Source: Raillietiella orientalis
Lineage: Eukaryota
Assembly (NCBI GenBank): GCA_036172245.1
Contig: JAYWIR010000081.1
Location: 248,001 to 312,000, forward strand
Reading direction: 5' to 3'
Length of the DNA: 64,000 bases
Position numbers and translations under genes: made by a program. Under the pieces are notes generated by a model. The model was not told where the DNA came from. It was given only the letters and a program-made list of their open reading frames with translations, and made no database searches. Positions 1 to 11,515 of the stretch are shown in pieces. Each line of letters begins with the position of its first letter. Position 1 is the first letter of the stretch.

Positions 1-960
1 GGCCTTCGGTGTCGAAGCGAACGCCGCGCACCGCTTCCGCCAAAGTTCCTCGTACGAGGAAAGCGATGCTGCACGTAGGTGCGACGCCGCACCTATAATG
101 TAACCTTGCACCGAGCGCAGTTCGATTTCGGCAGCCTGCTCTTCGGAGATGCTGTGAATCTCCTGCAGGAGCGTCAAGTATAAGTCGCGCAGAGCGTTAG
201 CCACAAGTCGCCTCTTCTTGTCGTGTCGGAGACCGTTGAGTTTGCAGCACGCCACGGCAACACGACGAGAAGACGCGATCGCCCTCATCACGGCTGGGAA
301 AGCGAGGCCGTGGTGCTCGCCTCACCCGGCGAGCGGGCAGCAAGCAGTACGAAGGGATGGAAGGCGCGGTTGCCACCGGCCTCCATCGTGCTGAGGGTAA
401 TCGAGTGCTTCTCCCCGGATGCAGAACCTGCGGGTCCCGGGGAGAGCACTCGCCGTTCCGCGGAGAGCGCATCACGCCTCAGGGCGTCAGTACTGCGAAT
501 TCTCGATCCCGTGCCAGTAACACGTGGTTTTGCGGCGTTAAAGGACTTCTTTACGGAATCTGATGCTCGCACGATGAACGTGCGCTTGCATCCGTCCGAT
601 TGGAGCGCAATCGTTTGCTCGGTGGTCATAGAGGCGGACTTGCACGCACTTTTTCCAGGAGAGAAGTACCCTCCGCACGGGTTTTCTTCTTCACGCGGCT
701 GTTGTTTGCCCTCAAACAGCTAACAGATGGAGGTTGCGAAGCCTTCTTGTGAGTTTTTTTTTTCTCCTCTCGACAATCTCTCACTTGCCGTTACGATTTC
801 CGGACGCTTCCGCGACTTTTGTCTCGGAAACCTCTGAAGTTTTCGGTACCGTATCTAAAGGCGTCGCTTTCGCCACGCCTTTAAAAGGAGGCAGCGTAGT
901 CGCCTTTTTGTAAGTTGGGAGATTGCTTCTTTCTTGACGAGTAAATAAACTGGCTTCCAG
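1..960 (-). mobile_element. Tx1/L1-type retrotransposon fragment, B-like: 3' half of ORF1 (stop 288-290) and start of ORF2 APE endonuclease running off the window
   Basis: ORF 288-629 ends STMEAGGNRAFHPFVLLAARSPGEASTTASLSQP, similar to the family B ORF1 end (STTEDGGDRPLQPVVLLAVCSPDKASKKPPPSQQ). A TGATG overlap then opens MRAIASSRRVAVACCKLNGLRHDKKRRLVANALRDLYLTLLQEIH. Right boundary approximate. Confidence 0.8.
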
Positions 961-984
961 GTTCATTGTATTGCGCGCACGACG

Positions 985-3950
985 ACAGTTAATTAGTTAA
1001 TTGTGATCGTGTGTGTCCGGAGAGGGAAAGTATCCAGAGGAAAGTGAGTGTGATACAGTCCACAGTGAGTGTGGACAAGAGTGTGCTGCGAAGGATCTGC
1101 TCATACAACTACAAATGAAGCGCCAAGGAGATCAGAGCGGAAAACCTTCAAACTTCCTCAGCAATAGTTTCAGCTGTCAGGATGCTGGCATTAGCAGAAG
1201 AGGAGAAGCCGACGTCCCCATGCAGATGGAGGTAACGTATGGCAACGGCGAGGTGGCATCGGCGATGCCGAGGATCGTGAACACGTAAGGCTTTGCTGCG
1301 CCGGTGACGGCAATGCCAAGGGTCGCGCTTGCTGCGGCAACGGACACGCCTGCGGCGGCGATGCCGGGGGTCGCGCCTGCGGCAGCGGCGTCGGCAACGT
1401 CGAAGTTGCGCTCGCGGCGGCGTCCCAGGCGGGACCAGCGCGCGTCCACACTGTGCAGGGAGCGTAAGATGCGACGCCATCTTGCTCGGCTGAGGCGGTG
1501 CAGCCGTTTTTGTAGGCGTCGGTGGTGGCGGGGAATGTCAGTGTCCATCCGCCAAGGAAATTCGGCAAACCTCTCAGAGGGAAAGTCAAAAAGGTAGATC
1601 GGCCTATCGTCCAGTTAGGGCCAGAGGTGAAGCCTATTATTTTTAAGACTGAAACGATAAAGTTCAACAATATCCGGGAGATATATCTGTCTCTAGACAA
1701 GACAGATATAGATTTTGACCGTAACCACGCAATCATTCCCAGCAACAACGGGTTCACGGTCTTCACGGACTGTGAATACGTTAGGGAAGGATTGATCCAG
1801 AATGGGATCAATATTCAAGAAAAGATGTTTTGTGGCGTTGGCAAGATGCCATACACTACCGTGTTTTCAAATAGCATATCCATCTACACACTTCAACTCA
1901 CGGTGTGGAAATACTTGGAGAAGTTTGGGGAAGTTCTCTACCTCGAGTTTGAGAACTTCTCAGGAAAAATCTTTTTTGGCGACATGATCGCCAACATAAA
2001 ATTAAAGGAAGGCGCGGTGATCCCTGGGATAGCAGTCATCGATGAGCAATCACATTGTGTGAAAGTGCGTTATCGGCAACCGAAAATATTTTGCACCGGA
2101 TGCAAGCAGTTTGGCCACAATGCAGGCGCTTGCCGAACATCTCGTTCCTGCCGCTGCGGCAAGATAGAACAACATGTCCGAAACTGCCCGCAGCCGGAGG
2201 TTTGTTCCTTCTTCAAGACGCATGGGCACGGTAAATGAAGCTGCCCTCAATTCGCCATTTGCAGAACGATCAGAGGACACTCTCCCGTGAGAGTAAGGAA
2301 TATAAAAGAGGCGGAAGGGCCTCAAAAGTTGGCAGGAAGGCCGATGAAAACTAAGGAAGCCGTGCCGGTATCGGCGAACGGCTTTATCGAAGTCGGTAAA
2401 AAGGGAAAGAGGAAGATGCTCATCAAGGAGCAGAAAGCCTCTTTTATCCCAGAAAGAGCAGCGGAAAACTAGAAAATGGGACAGCACAGGAAGAAGCAAA
2501 GGTGGAAAAAGAAGCCACTGGGGTGTCTCAATAGGCCCTGCAGTCTACCCAAGAGCTGGCAAAGCTGGCGTAAGAACTGATGGAGGTGCAAAGCGGGCCA
2601 CAGCAGTAGCAAATCTTGCAAAAGATCTGCAACGCACAGGAGACGGTGAATAAGGTGGTGGAAGTTACCGAGCGCGACAAACTGAAGGAACAGCTTCTCG
2701 ACGTTAAAGCAAACTTCTGCGCAAAGGTGGCAATAGAGGCTCTACCTAGGAAACTTATCGCGCGAGCAGAACACTCTACGGAGGATGCCGAATTTACCGA
2801 GCTCACCGAGACGGAGAGTGACGCTGCTAGCAAAAAACCCGATCCTTCTTCATCGTCTGGAATAGCACGCTCTCCCAGACAGAAGAAGCTCAGGAAGGCC
2901 AAAAAGTCTGTCTTCTCCTTTATGGCCTAATACCTGTCGACCGCCAGGAGGATCAACATCGCCTCCTGGAACGTACACGGGTTAGTCGACAAGAGAAAGA
3001 GAAAGAGGTTTGTGCGGATCATCGCAAAACAAGACATCGTGTGCCTGCAGGAGACCCACACGTTGGGTGTCCAAATCATCCAGCAAATGGAACGACGTTT
3101 CAATATGCAGATGCTCGTCAGCGACGAAGAACGAAACACGCAGGGTGTGGAGGTCTTGGTCAAGAACCAACTGGCCCCTACCATTCTGGAAATCTTCTGT
3201 CGCTTGCCGGGATGTATAATCGGCGTACGACTGGCCTGGACCTCTCACGTTCACCTTTTCCGGGTAAACGTGTACGGGTCACACAGGAACAAACATCGAT
3301 GTGCGGAGGCGCTGCATGCAGCACTCCGGGAAAAGGACGCGTCCAAGGACGTCGTGATCTTTGCTGGCGATCTTAATATCCTGGACGAACACACAAGATC
3401 CCAGGACGCCGGAGGAAGAAGGAGTATCGTTGGCTATCGGACGAGTTCGGACTGGTGTGCCGAACAGCAAGTCACAAGCCGATCGATCACGTCCTCCACA
3501 GCACCGAACTAGGGAATCGCATTCAGGGTTTTCGAGACACATTGACCACTCTGTCCGATCACCCGTTGGTGCGGTTTCCCCTAAGAACGGAGAATCCTCG
3601 GCGGAGGCAAGGCATCAGGGCGGCCCTCATCAGCATGCCCGCCTGGTTCGAGACACATCCTGGACATCAGGAGGTCCTGGAGACGATTCTGAAGACCACA
3701 AAAATCAGAAGAGTCGCCGACTGGGACATCTCCAAACACAGGATACACCGGTTTGCAAATATGCAATTTGGGGATAGGCGCTTGAGACAGGAGGCGTACC
3801 GGGAGCTGAACATCCAAAATCGCTCACTCTCCAAGTACTTCGAGGAGTACGAGGGACGGTACGTCTTCCACAATGTAAAAGGAAAAGTCGGCGTGCTGGA
3901 GAAGAGAAGTACGGAAACAGAAATCTTCTGCATCCAGTACGGCTATCAAA
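985..3950 (+). mobile_element. Divergent, decayed L1/Tx1-type element: ORF1 (~1115-2930) and ORF2 endonuclease (~2931-3950), truncated before the RT
   Basis: Zinc knuckles CTGCKQFGHNAGAC and CRCGKIEQHVRNC in ORF 1522-2238; APE motifs INIASWNVHGL, IVCLQETH, FAGDLN, LSDHP. Several stops and frameshifts. Confidence 0.8.
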
Positions 3951-4560
3951 GTCGACACACGTCTGAAGATTTCGTGGCCGCCGCAGTGACTTCTGCGTAG
4001 GATTGGGACTTTGCCGATTTCCGAAGGGACAGCGGGTTAGAGCTGAAAGTATTCGCCCGGTGGCGATCTTCCTGCTCTCCTACCTTTCCTACTGAAAGTC
4101 TTCGGAAATTTTTTGGTTCCTGGCTTGAAGAAGTGCTTCCGAGTACGGCAGCGAGGACGGGCACGGCACGCGTCGCGCCCTCGCGTCCCTTTGGATTTGG
4201 CTTCTTCGCCGCGATTTCTCCCTTTTGGAACGTTGCGGGCGGGGACGCCTTTTGTAAAGCCGCGTATTGCTTAGCTTTATTGCAAAGACTCCGCGGAAAC
4301 TGTTTTTTTTTGGAGGCAGCGGCCTTTCGTGCGTTAATCTCTTGAACGCGACGAACTTCCGCTGCTGCCCTTTTCTTTTACAGGATCGGGCACTTTTTTA
4401 TTTCGTGCCAGGTTTCTTTACAATAGCAGCATTCCGGAGTGGGATATTGCTTCTTCCCGTGTCCCTCCTTGCCTCACTGCTTCTACGCGCGAGTCTGTTC
4501 TATAATCCACAGGCTCCTTTCCTCCGCTTCTTGCTTTTTGTTTGCCCCTTCTGAGCGGAG
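3946..4560 (-). pseudogene. Possible ORF1 low-complexity fragment of another retroelement
   Basis: Lys/Ser-rich translation including SYAEV, typical of LINE ORF1 disordered regions; no diagnostic domain. Confidence 0.3.
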
Positions 4561-5945
4561 AACAAAAAAAGGAATAAGGACCTCCTTGAGATCGCCCTTT
4601 GTGGCAGAGGAAGGCCCCGAGTCCGTCTTGCAAACTTGTGCGCTCTGCGTCGGAATGGTGGTCTGGGTCCCCCGACGCTGAAGCGGCTGGAGCTTCAGCT
4701 CCAGTTCTAGATAATTGCCTTTATGTCAAGGAACTGGTGCACCCCCTGGTGCGGCCCTGCACGCCTCCTCGTCGAGCAGGCCAACGGCAACGTGGGGCTC
4801 TGCTCCTACTTTGCGCTCCGAAGGCCGATCTGCCACTGCGGAATTTAGCTCCGAAGGGCGGCCAAACTCGTAAGAAACAACGCGGGATCCATCTTGGTAT
4901 GCCCTGCAAACGGTCCTGCCTGGCTGCAGGAAACCTTTCGAACGTGGGCGATGACTCAGGAAAAGAGCCTGCAACTGGAGCGAATAGCGCTGGTCGGGCC
5001 GAACGCCCACCGCACGCTACGAGAAATCGTCGAGGATCCCCGAAGGAGAGCGTTGGCACAAAGAAGCTCCCTTGCTGCGGTACTGCCTACTTTAGGAGAA
5101 CATATGGGCAGCGACGTCGCGGCACAATGGGAGGTTACCTTCAACATAGCTCGCAGGGGAAAGAAGGTCGGGGAATGGAGACCGGGTCAGCTCACCAACG
5201 CTGCAACACCGAGGACCACCCCACACGCTGAGATGAGCAACTGGATGTTCCGGAAGAACATGTCGAGGGGCCCCCGGTGCAAATGGACTCGCGCACTCTT
5301 CCCATGAAGTGCAACAGTCGGCACTGCTGGTTTTGCATTGGGGTGTTCCCTTCAACGCACGCCTACACCACTGGACGCGGGGGGGTGTCACCCCCAATTG
5401 TGTCAGGTGCGGGGAGAAGGAATACCTCCACCACCTGTTAGTGGATTGTGTTGCACTCCGTCCCTTGTGGGAACGCTTTGCCGCGGCCCTGGTTATCCCC
5501 GAAGGCAATCCCAGAGACGATTTGCGCCCCCTCTTCGTCCGTAACGCTCTAACACCCGAGGCTTCGCTGGCAGCCCTGCGCTGCCTACGCGAAGTCGTCG
5601 TGGCATGGAGCAAAGCGACGGGACGAACCGGCGACAGGGATGACACCGTTTATGCCGCCCGCTTCCTGAAGATGGCGACGCGATGGCACAATCTGAAATC
5701 CACCATTCACCAACAGCTTGCCGGCATCCTCTACAGGATGAGGTCCTCAGTCTGCGGTCCTTCCCAGCAGACAGTGATCCCTTGACGCTCCCTCCCCAAT
5801 TTAGTTCATTTTTTTGTTTTATTCTTTGTTTCATTCCACCACCTCTCTGCTGCAGAGTTGGACCGCACCCGTCTTCGAACTGGGGAGCGGGCGGGCGGCA
5901 TGCTTCTAGGGCGTCGCTGAACTAGTGGTCCAGTCACAGTTTATA
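4560..5945 (+). mobile_element. Tx1-type ORF2 C-terminal fragment with partial 3' UTR
   Basis: LCALRRNGGLG and CVRCGEKEYLHHLLVDC zinc finger; stop at 5785 in the TGATCCCT/C-tract/T-tract 3' UTR pattern shared with the other copies; terminal hairpin missing. Confidence 0.85.
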
Positions 5946-6333
5946 GAGGTTTACTTGAAAAAATAAACGTCTTCACGAACCGAATTTAAATGAAGGCTCT
6001 GGAGAGTGACGCCTCTCATTGATTCGAGAAGGTGTTTCTTCGCACCTAAGAGTCGCGTCCAGTCCCCCGGCGGACGCCACACCCTGCATGGCGGTACCTT
6101 GTCGCGAGGAGGTATCTCGAAAATTAGCCGGGAATGGTCCGACACCGTCGACGCAACCTTCCCCCGTTTACCGACCCGCGAACACGGGTCGGCGTCGAGA
6201 AACGCGTGGTCGATGCTGAGGACTATTCCCCTCTCACCCGCGAACAAGTTGCGCGCACGCATAACGGCGCACAACTCGTTCATCGAGTCCTATTCTGTTT
6301 CTGGCTCACCTGTTAGCAGGCGGAGATTGAAAT

Positions 6334-9300
6334 TTATCACCCGGTCACGCCGGGGCGTTAATTAATAATAATAAACTGGTCAGCGACAATGTCCTTAACC
6401 AACAGAACGACAGAGAACATAGAAAAATTACCGGCACGCAGGCCTGGTAAACAAACCGCTCGCAGCGCGGGAGGAATGAGGGGAAACAAACAAAAATCAA
6501 AACCTGGAGGGAAGGGTAACGGGTTTTTGGTTAGGCTCCGTACTCACGGGGTTTTATACGATGAGCACCTAAAATGTTCCGGAGCCTATGGGGACGCGGG
6601 TGTAAAAAGAAAATACAAATTTAGTTTATGGAGGGTAGGGCAATGATCACCGGGATGGCCGCTGATGAGGGTGTGTAAACCGGCGGTGTATTGCGGCGAG
6701 ATTCCTCTTTGTCTCCTCTGTCAAATGAGGCCATCTAGCGGATGCTCCCATGTAGAAGGATGCTTTGCTGATTACCTCTTGGTGCTGTCCGTTGATTACC
6801 AACGCCTGGAGGACGGAAACTATCGCGCGTATGCAACCGATGGTTGCAATCCTTGCGCTTAGTGAAAGCCCGCTCGGCGTGAAGAATCGTCGCAGCAAGT
6901 CTCTTGCGGTGTCCACGGAATGCAATTGTGCTGTTGCCAGCCTACGCCACAGTCCTTGTAGGACACCGCAGTCCAGAAGTAGGTGCGGAATCGACTCCGT
7001 CGATCCGCACCGAACGTAGTTCGCAGACGCAAGTCCCCCGGAGTCACGATGCCAACGCTCGTTGCACTGAAAACCCCAGTGAACGAAAAGCAGCACGGCT
7101 TGTTTCCAAGCAAGGGGGAGCAGCGAACTGTCCATACACTGTGGAGCGACTACAAGTTCTTCGGGGGTGACAGCAAGTTCTTCTGCCCACCGGAGGAGTC
7201 CCTTTGCAGTAACACGAGGAGTGGCGGCGTCCGCCAACTCACTTGTCTTCCAGGTGCCAAGGAGTTTGGTTCTTTTCGCTATCGTGCAGGAAACCTCCCA
7301 CCTCGTCGGTTGGTAACTGTGGTTTCTTGCCCTGAGGGCATACAGCGCTGCGGCAAGAGGCGTGGCAGCCAGGGTAGAAAACTTTACGTCGTCCTGCAGT
7401 ACTTCTTCCAAGGATCGTGGAAAAAATTGGCGCAGGGGGCGAAGATCTTCAGGGCGTATTCCTTGGAACGCCGCCCAGCATTCAACAGACTCCTGCCGCC
7501 AAGCTTCAAAGTTCATTGGGCGGCAGGAGATCCAAGAGTGTGCTTCCAGAAGTGCGGTCAACTGCCGCAATGGAAAACCGAAACCCCGCTTCCTGTATTG
7601 AGTGCCCGGCAAAAGCGAGAGAAATCCTCCGCTGCCGGCGCATCTCCGCAGGAGAATGCGAGCTGGCACACACAGGGGGGATGTCCATAGCTGGGCACAC
7701 AGTGCCAGCAGTCGGAACTGCACCTGCAGTCCGATTCGCTCCATTGTCAAGATACCCAAACCAGCATCCCGACGCGGAGCTGACAAATGTTTAAGGCGGA
7801 TCCTGGATCTCGCCGGACCCCAGAGAGCGTTCCTGAGCAGGCGCTTAGCCCGCTGTTTTGCTGCATAGGGGGGGTCCAAAACAAAAAACAGGGGACGCAG
7901 GAGGGGGGCCGCAAGGGTGTTCCAAATAGTCGCCCGTTCCTGCAAGGTATACTTGCCGTTAAAGAACGGGCTGATGACCAACTCTGCTTTCTGGAGACAG
8001 TCCGAACACGCTTCGGCTGCGCCGAAAGCGCCCAAAGGAACGCCAAGGTACTTAAAGTACCCGCCCGTGGGGATCCCCAGGCGGATCCAGTCGGACTGCC
8101 CCTCCCACGACGTACCCACAAAAACGACCACGCTCTTCTCTCTGTTCACGCTCACGCCCGCTCCCCGACGAATCAGGTCGATGAAATCCACGACAATGGA
8201 CGCCGGGGTGGACATGGGGAGCAGAAGAAGCAGGTCATCAGCGAAGGCGGCCACGGCAAGCGTTCCCGGGCAGGAGCTTGGCAAGTGAGACAGCGTCAGC
8301 CTGTATGCTTTTAGCACCAACTCAAAGAAGATGCTGAAGAGCAACGGGCTTAAACTGTCGCCCTGTCGGATGCCCCTACGAACGGGAATACCATACAGGC
8401 GGCAGCCGCTAAAAGTGATGCAGGTTAGCGCGTAGCGCCAGCACGCGCGCAAATACAGCAGGAGTTGCGCCGGGAACACAAGGCGTTCCATAAGCTCCAA
8501 AAGCAGCTTCTGGTTTACGCAGTCGAACGCCTTGTGGAGATCGACCGCGACCGCCAAGGCACCTGGCGTTCCCTCCTGCCGTCGGCGCCTGTTCTTTTTG
8601 CCTGCGGCAGTGACTTTCGCAGCAGCCTGGCTTTGCGGCGCCACAACTTCCTGCAGCTGCATCCATGTACGCGCGAAAAGGATGTTCGCCTCCATGGATC
8701 GTCCCGGAACCGCGTAGGTTTGTTCCGGGCTCACCACAGATTCCGCGATACTTCCTAACCGCGCGACCCACAGCTTGGAAAACAACTTGACGTCCGAGTT
8801 CACCAAGGTGATCGGACGCCAGTTGTTAAGTTGGCGCAAGTCTCCGCCTTTCTGCAGGAGACGCACCTTCGCTGAGCGGAAGGAATCAGGGACATTCCCG
8901 GATTCACTCATCAGCGTCGCGAGTTTCAGCATCAAGGGAATGAGCTCCACTGCAAGGCACTGATAAAACTCTGCAGGGAGCCCATCCTCGCCTGGCGCCT
9001 TTCATCTCTTCAGCCCAGCGATGGCGGACGAAAATATATCCGCCGTGAAGGGCTCGTCGAGACGTTCGCGTTCCTCCTCGCCGACAACACGTGCATCCTG
9101 AGACAGGAGTATCTCAGAAAGAATATCCTCCGTCGGGGATTCCGCGTAGAGCGAGGAGTAGTAGCGTCTCAGAATGCGGCGTACTTCGGCTGGGGCCCAA
9201 CATTCCTGGCCCTTGTCGTCCAACAGGCATGCTGCTCCGGACTGCCAGACCTGGCGCTCGGCCCTCACCTTGTACTCTGCGAGACGCCCGACATCCGCGC

Positions 9301-11515
9301 GTCTCGAAAACGTGCGGGCCTGCAGAAAGTCTCTACTGTTGGCCACGCCCTCTCGGAAACCGCGTGGAAGCCGGTGCAAGGGGAATTGGCAACAGAACTC
9401 GCGGACAGATCTTTTGAGATCGTCCCAGTCTACAAGTTCTTGAATGGCAAAGCCTCGGAGGTATCCACGTAGATGCTCCGCAGCCTCCGGTTGGCTAAGC
9501 CAATCCGCCTGCATCCTTCAGTTTTGCAACGGAGGCCCCCTGCCTGGAGGAAGGTTCTCAAACTCCAACCTGTGGTGGTCAGAAAGCTCAGTCAACAATC
9601 TTCCTCTCCTACCCACACGCGAATGCAGGTTTTCATCGAGGAAAACGTGATCGAGCGAACTTACCATTCCAGGTTCGCTGACCATCAAGTTGGCGGCGTG
9701 CACGGACGCGCACATCTCGATGGGCAGCGCGCGCTCCCTCGGGCGGCTCCAATCGTCGGAGAGCAGGCGGACGTTGAAGTCCCCAGCGACGAGGTGCGCC
9801 ACTTGGAAACCGGAGTTGTTGAGCCAGTGGCTCTGCACCTCACCAAAGAAAGCTACTCTTTCTTCGAGGTAGCGAGAGCCACTCGGCGCGTAGACGTTCG
9901 TAACGACGAGATCGATGGACTCGGACCACTTGATGACAAGCTGGCCTATCCGTCCGTCGTCATCGAAACGAACACTACGCACCGCTTCCGCCATTTTTCC
10001 TCTTACTAGGAACGCGACGGCGCACGTGTGTGCGCCGCCGCACCGCCAATGTAGCGTTCCGCCTGCGCGCTCCTCGATTTCGGCTGCCTGCTCGTCGGAG
10101 ATTACGTGAATCTCCTGCAGCAGCGCGAGGTCGAAGAAGCGCGGGGCGTTGGCTACTAATCGCCTCTTCTCGTCGTTCTGCAGACCGTTCACGTTTTAAC
10201 ACGTTACGGACAGACGACGAGAGGACGCGATTCCCCGCATTACTGCTGGGAAGGTGGCGGCTTTTTGCTCGCTTTATCTGGCGAGCAGACGGCGAGCAGC
10301 ACGACTGGCTGGAGGGGACGGTCGCCACCGTCCTCTGTCGTGCTGCATGCATGTAATGCCTCCACGCCAGGCTTATCCCCGTCGGGTTTCGTGGAGACTT
10401 CGCGTGGCTTCGCGGCTACAGTTTCCTGGCTGCCTACTTTTGATCGGCGCGCACACGCTTTCGAGCGAGTTGTCCTCGTCTCGGTGATCGGAACGGCATC
10501 CATTTCGGAGTTTGACCGGCGCATGTTCGATCGGGTTTCGGCCTTCCGCGAAGCAGTGACAGGTTCTGCTGGATTGACAGCTGTCCTGTTTTCGTTTTCT
10601 GGCACCAGAGCATCGCTTTTGGTGACGGCTGCTTTCCCGGCGCGCGCGTTTTCAGCGTGCTCACGCGCAGTTGCACGAGGGACCTTTGCTGAAGTCTTCT
10701 TTACTTCATTACGGTTCCTCATTTCGCGTGGCGCCGTAAATGGAGATTGTGCTCCATGGCCATCTTTGAAGCCATCCGCGTCTTTGGACGTGAGCACTTT
10801 GGATGGCTTCGACACGCTCGTCAGGGACACGGCCTTCGAAAGGGCTTTTCATCCCTTCGTTGGCATGGCATCCGTGGCAGTCGAGAGCTTGCTCTCCGAA
10901 TGCGACGGCGTGAGATTTGAGCTCATGGACTGTGGCGAATTTCGCCAACGCGTTCCGAATATCAGTATCGGAGATTTCCGACTCGATGTCGAAAATCTTC
11001 ACCACAAATGAGTCGTCCATGGCGGTCGGGAAGACCTTCTGGCCACGGATCGACAACGGGGTGCGCAGCAAGCGTTGCACAAGTGCCGCGTCTTTGCAAC
11101 GCACCTTGAAATAGCCCATGTCTTTTACGGGCATAATGGCGAGAAGGTCCTCCTCCCGCACGCCAACACGGGTCAGTTCATCGTTGAACTGATTCCCGTC
11201 GCGCGCAGAAAGAAAACCACTCACCTTATATCGGAGAGCAGGTCTATAGCCTTGGGCTACGTATGCCCGCAACTCCGACTCGTCGAGTGGTTTCCCTCTG
11301 ACGGCTGCTGTGGCAGCAACGTGAGCAAAACTCCTCTCCATTGGCGAGAAAGACGAAGTGGAGGCGGCCGTCGGTTCTGCAATTGCAGATCCGGATGCTG
11401 TTCCTCCAACTTGAGTAGCTTCAAGTTGGGTCGACATCGTCATCAAAATGTACGACGCCAATATGAAGCGGATGAAAGCACGGAGACGAGAGCGAAGAAA
11501 AACACGTCCGCACTC
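6334..11515 (-). mobile_element. Tx1-type element, family B, both ends present; ORF1 internally deleted, ORF2 with stops
   Basis: Flanked by direct repeat GATTGAAAT (6325-6333 and 11516-11524). 5' end matches the copy starting at 54336. ORF2 10240->6647 has WNVNG-like, LQEIH, GDFN, SDH, DLHKAFD, RQGDSLSP, FADD, KYLG motifs. Lacks about 0.73 kb of ORF1 (zinc knuckles) relative to the 54336 copy. Confidence 0.93.
6647..10240 (-). pseudogene. ORF2 (APE endonuclease + reverse transcriptase) of family B, interrupted by in-frame stops
   Basis: ORF pieces 9518-10192, 9002-9514 and 6647-8950 are in one frame; ATG at 10238-10240 overlaps the ORF1 TAA. Confidence 0.9.

Noticed and set aside
1259..1400. 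Three degenerate ~48-bp repeats (AMPR/AMPG units)
   Set aside because: Ordinary low-complexity expansion inside a decayed ORF1.
6659..8963. Numerous long antisense or alternate-frame ORFs over the retroelements
   Set aside because: Expected shadows of GC-rich coding sequence; no independent motifs.
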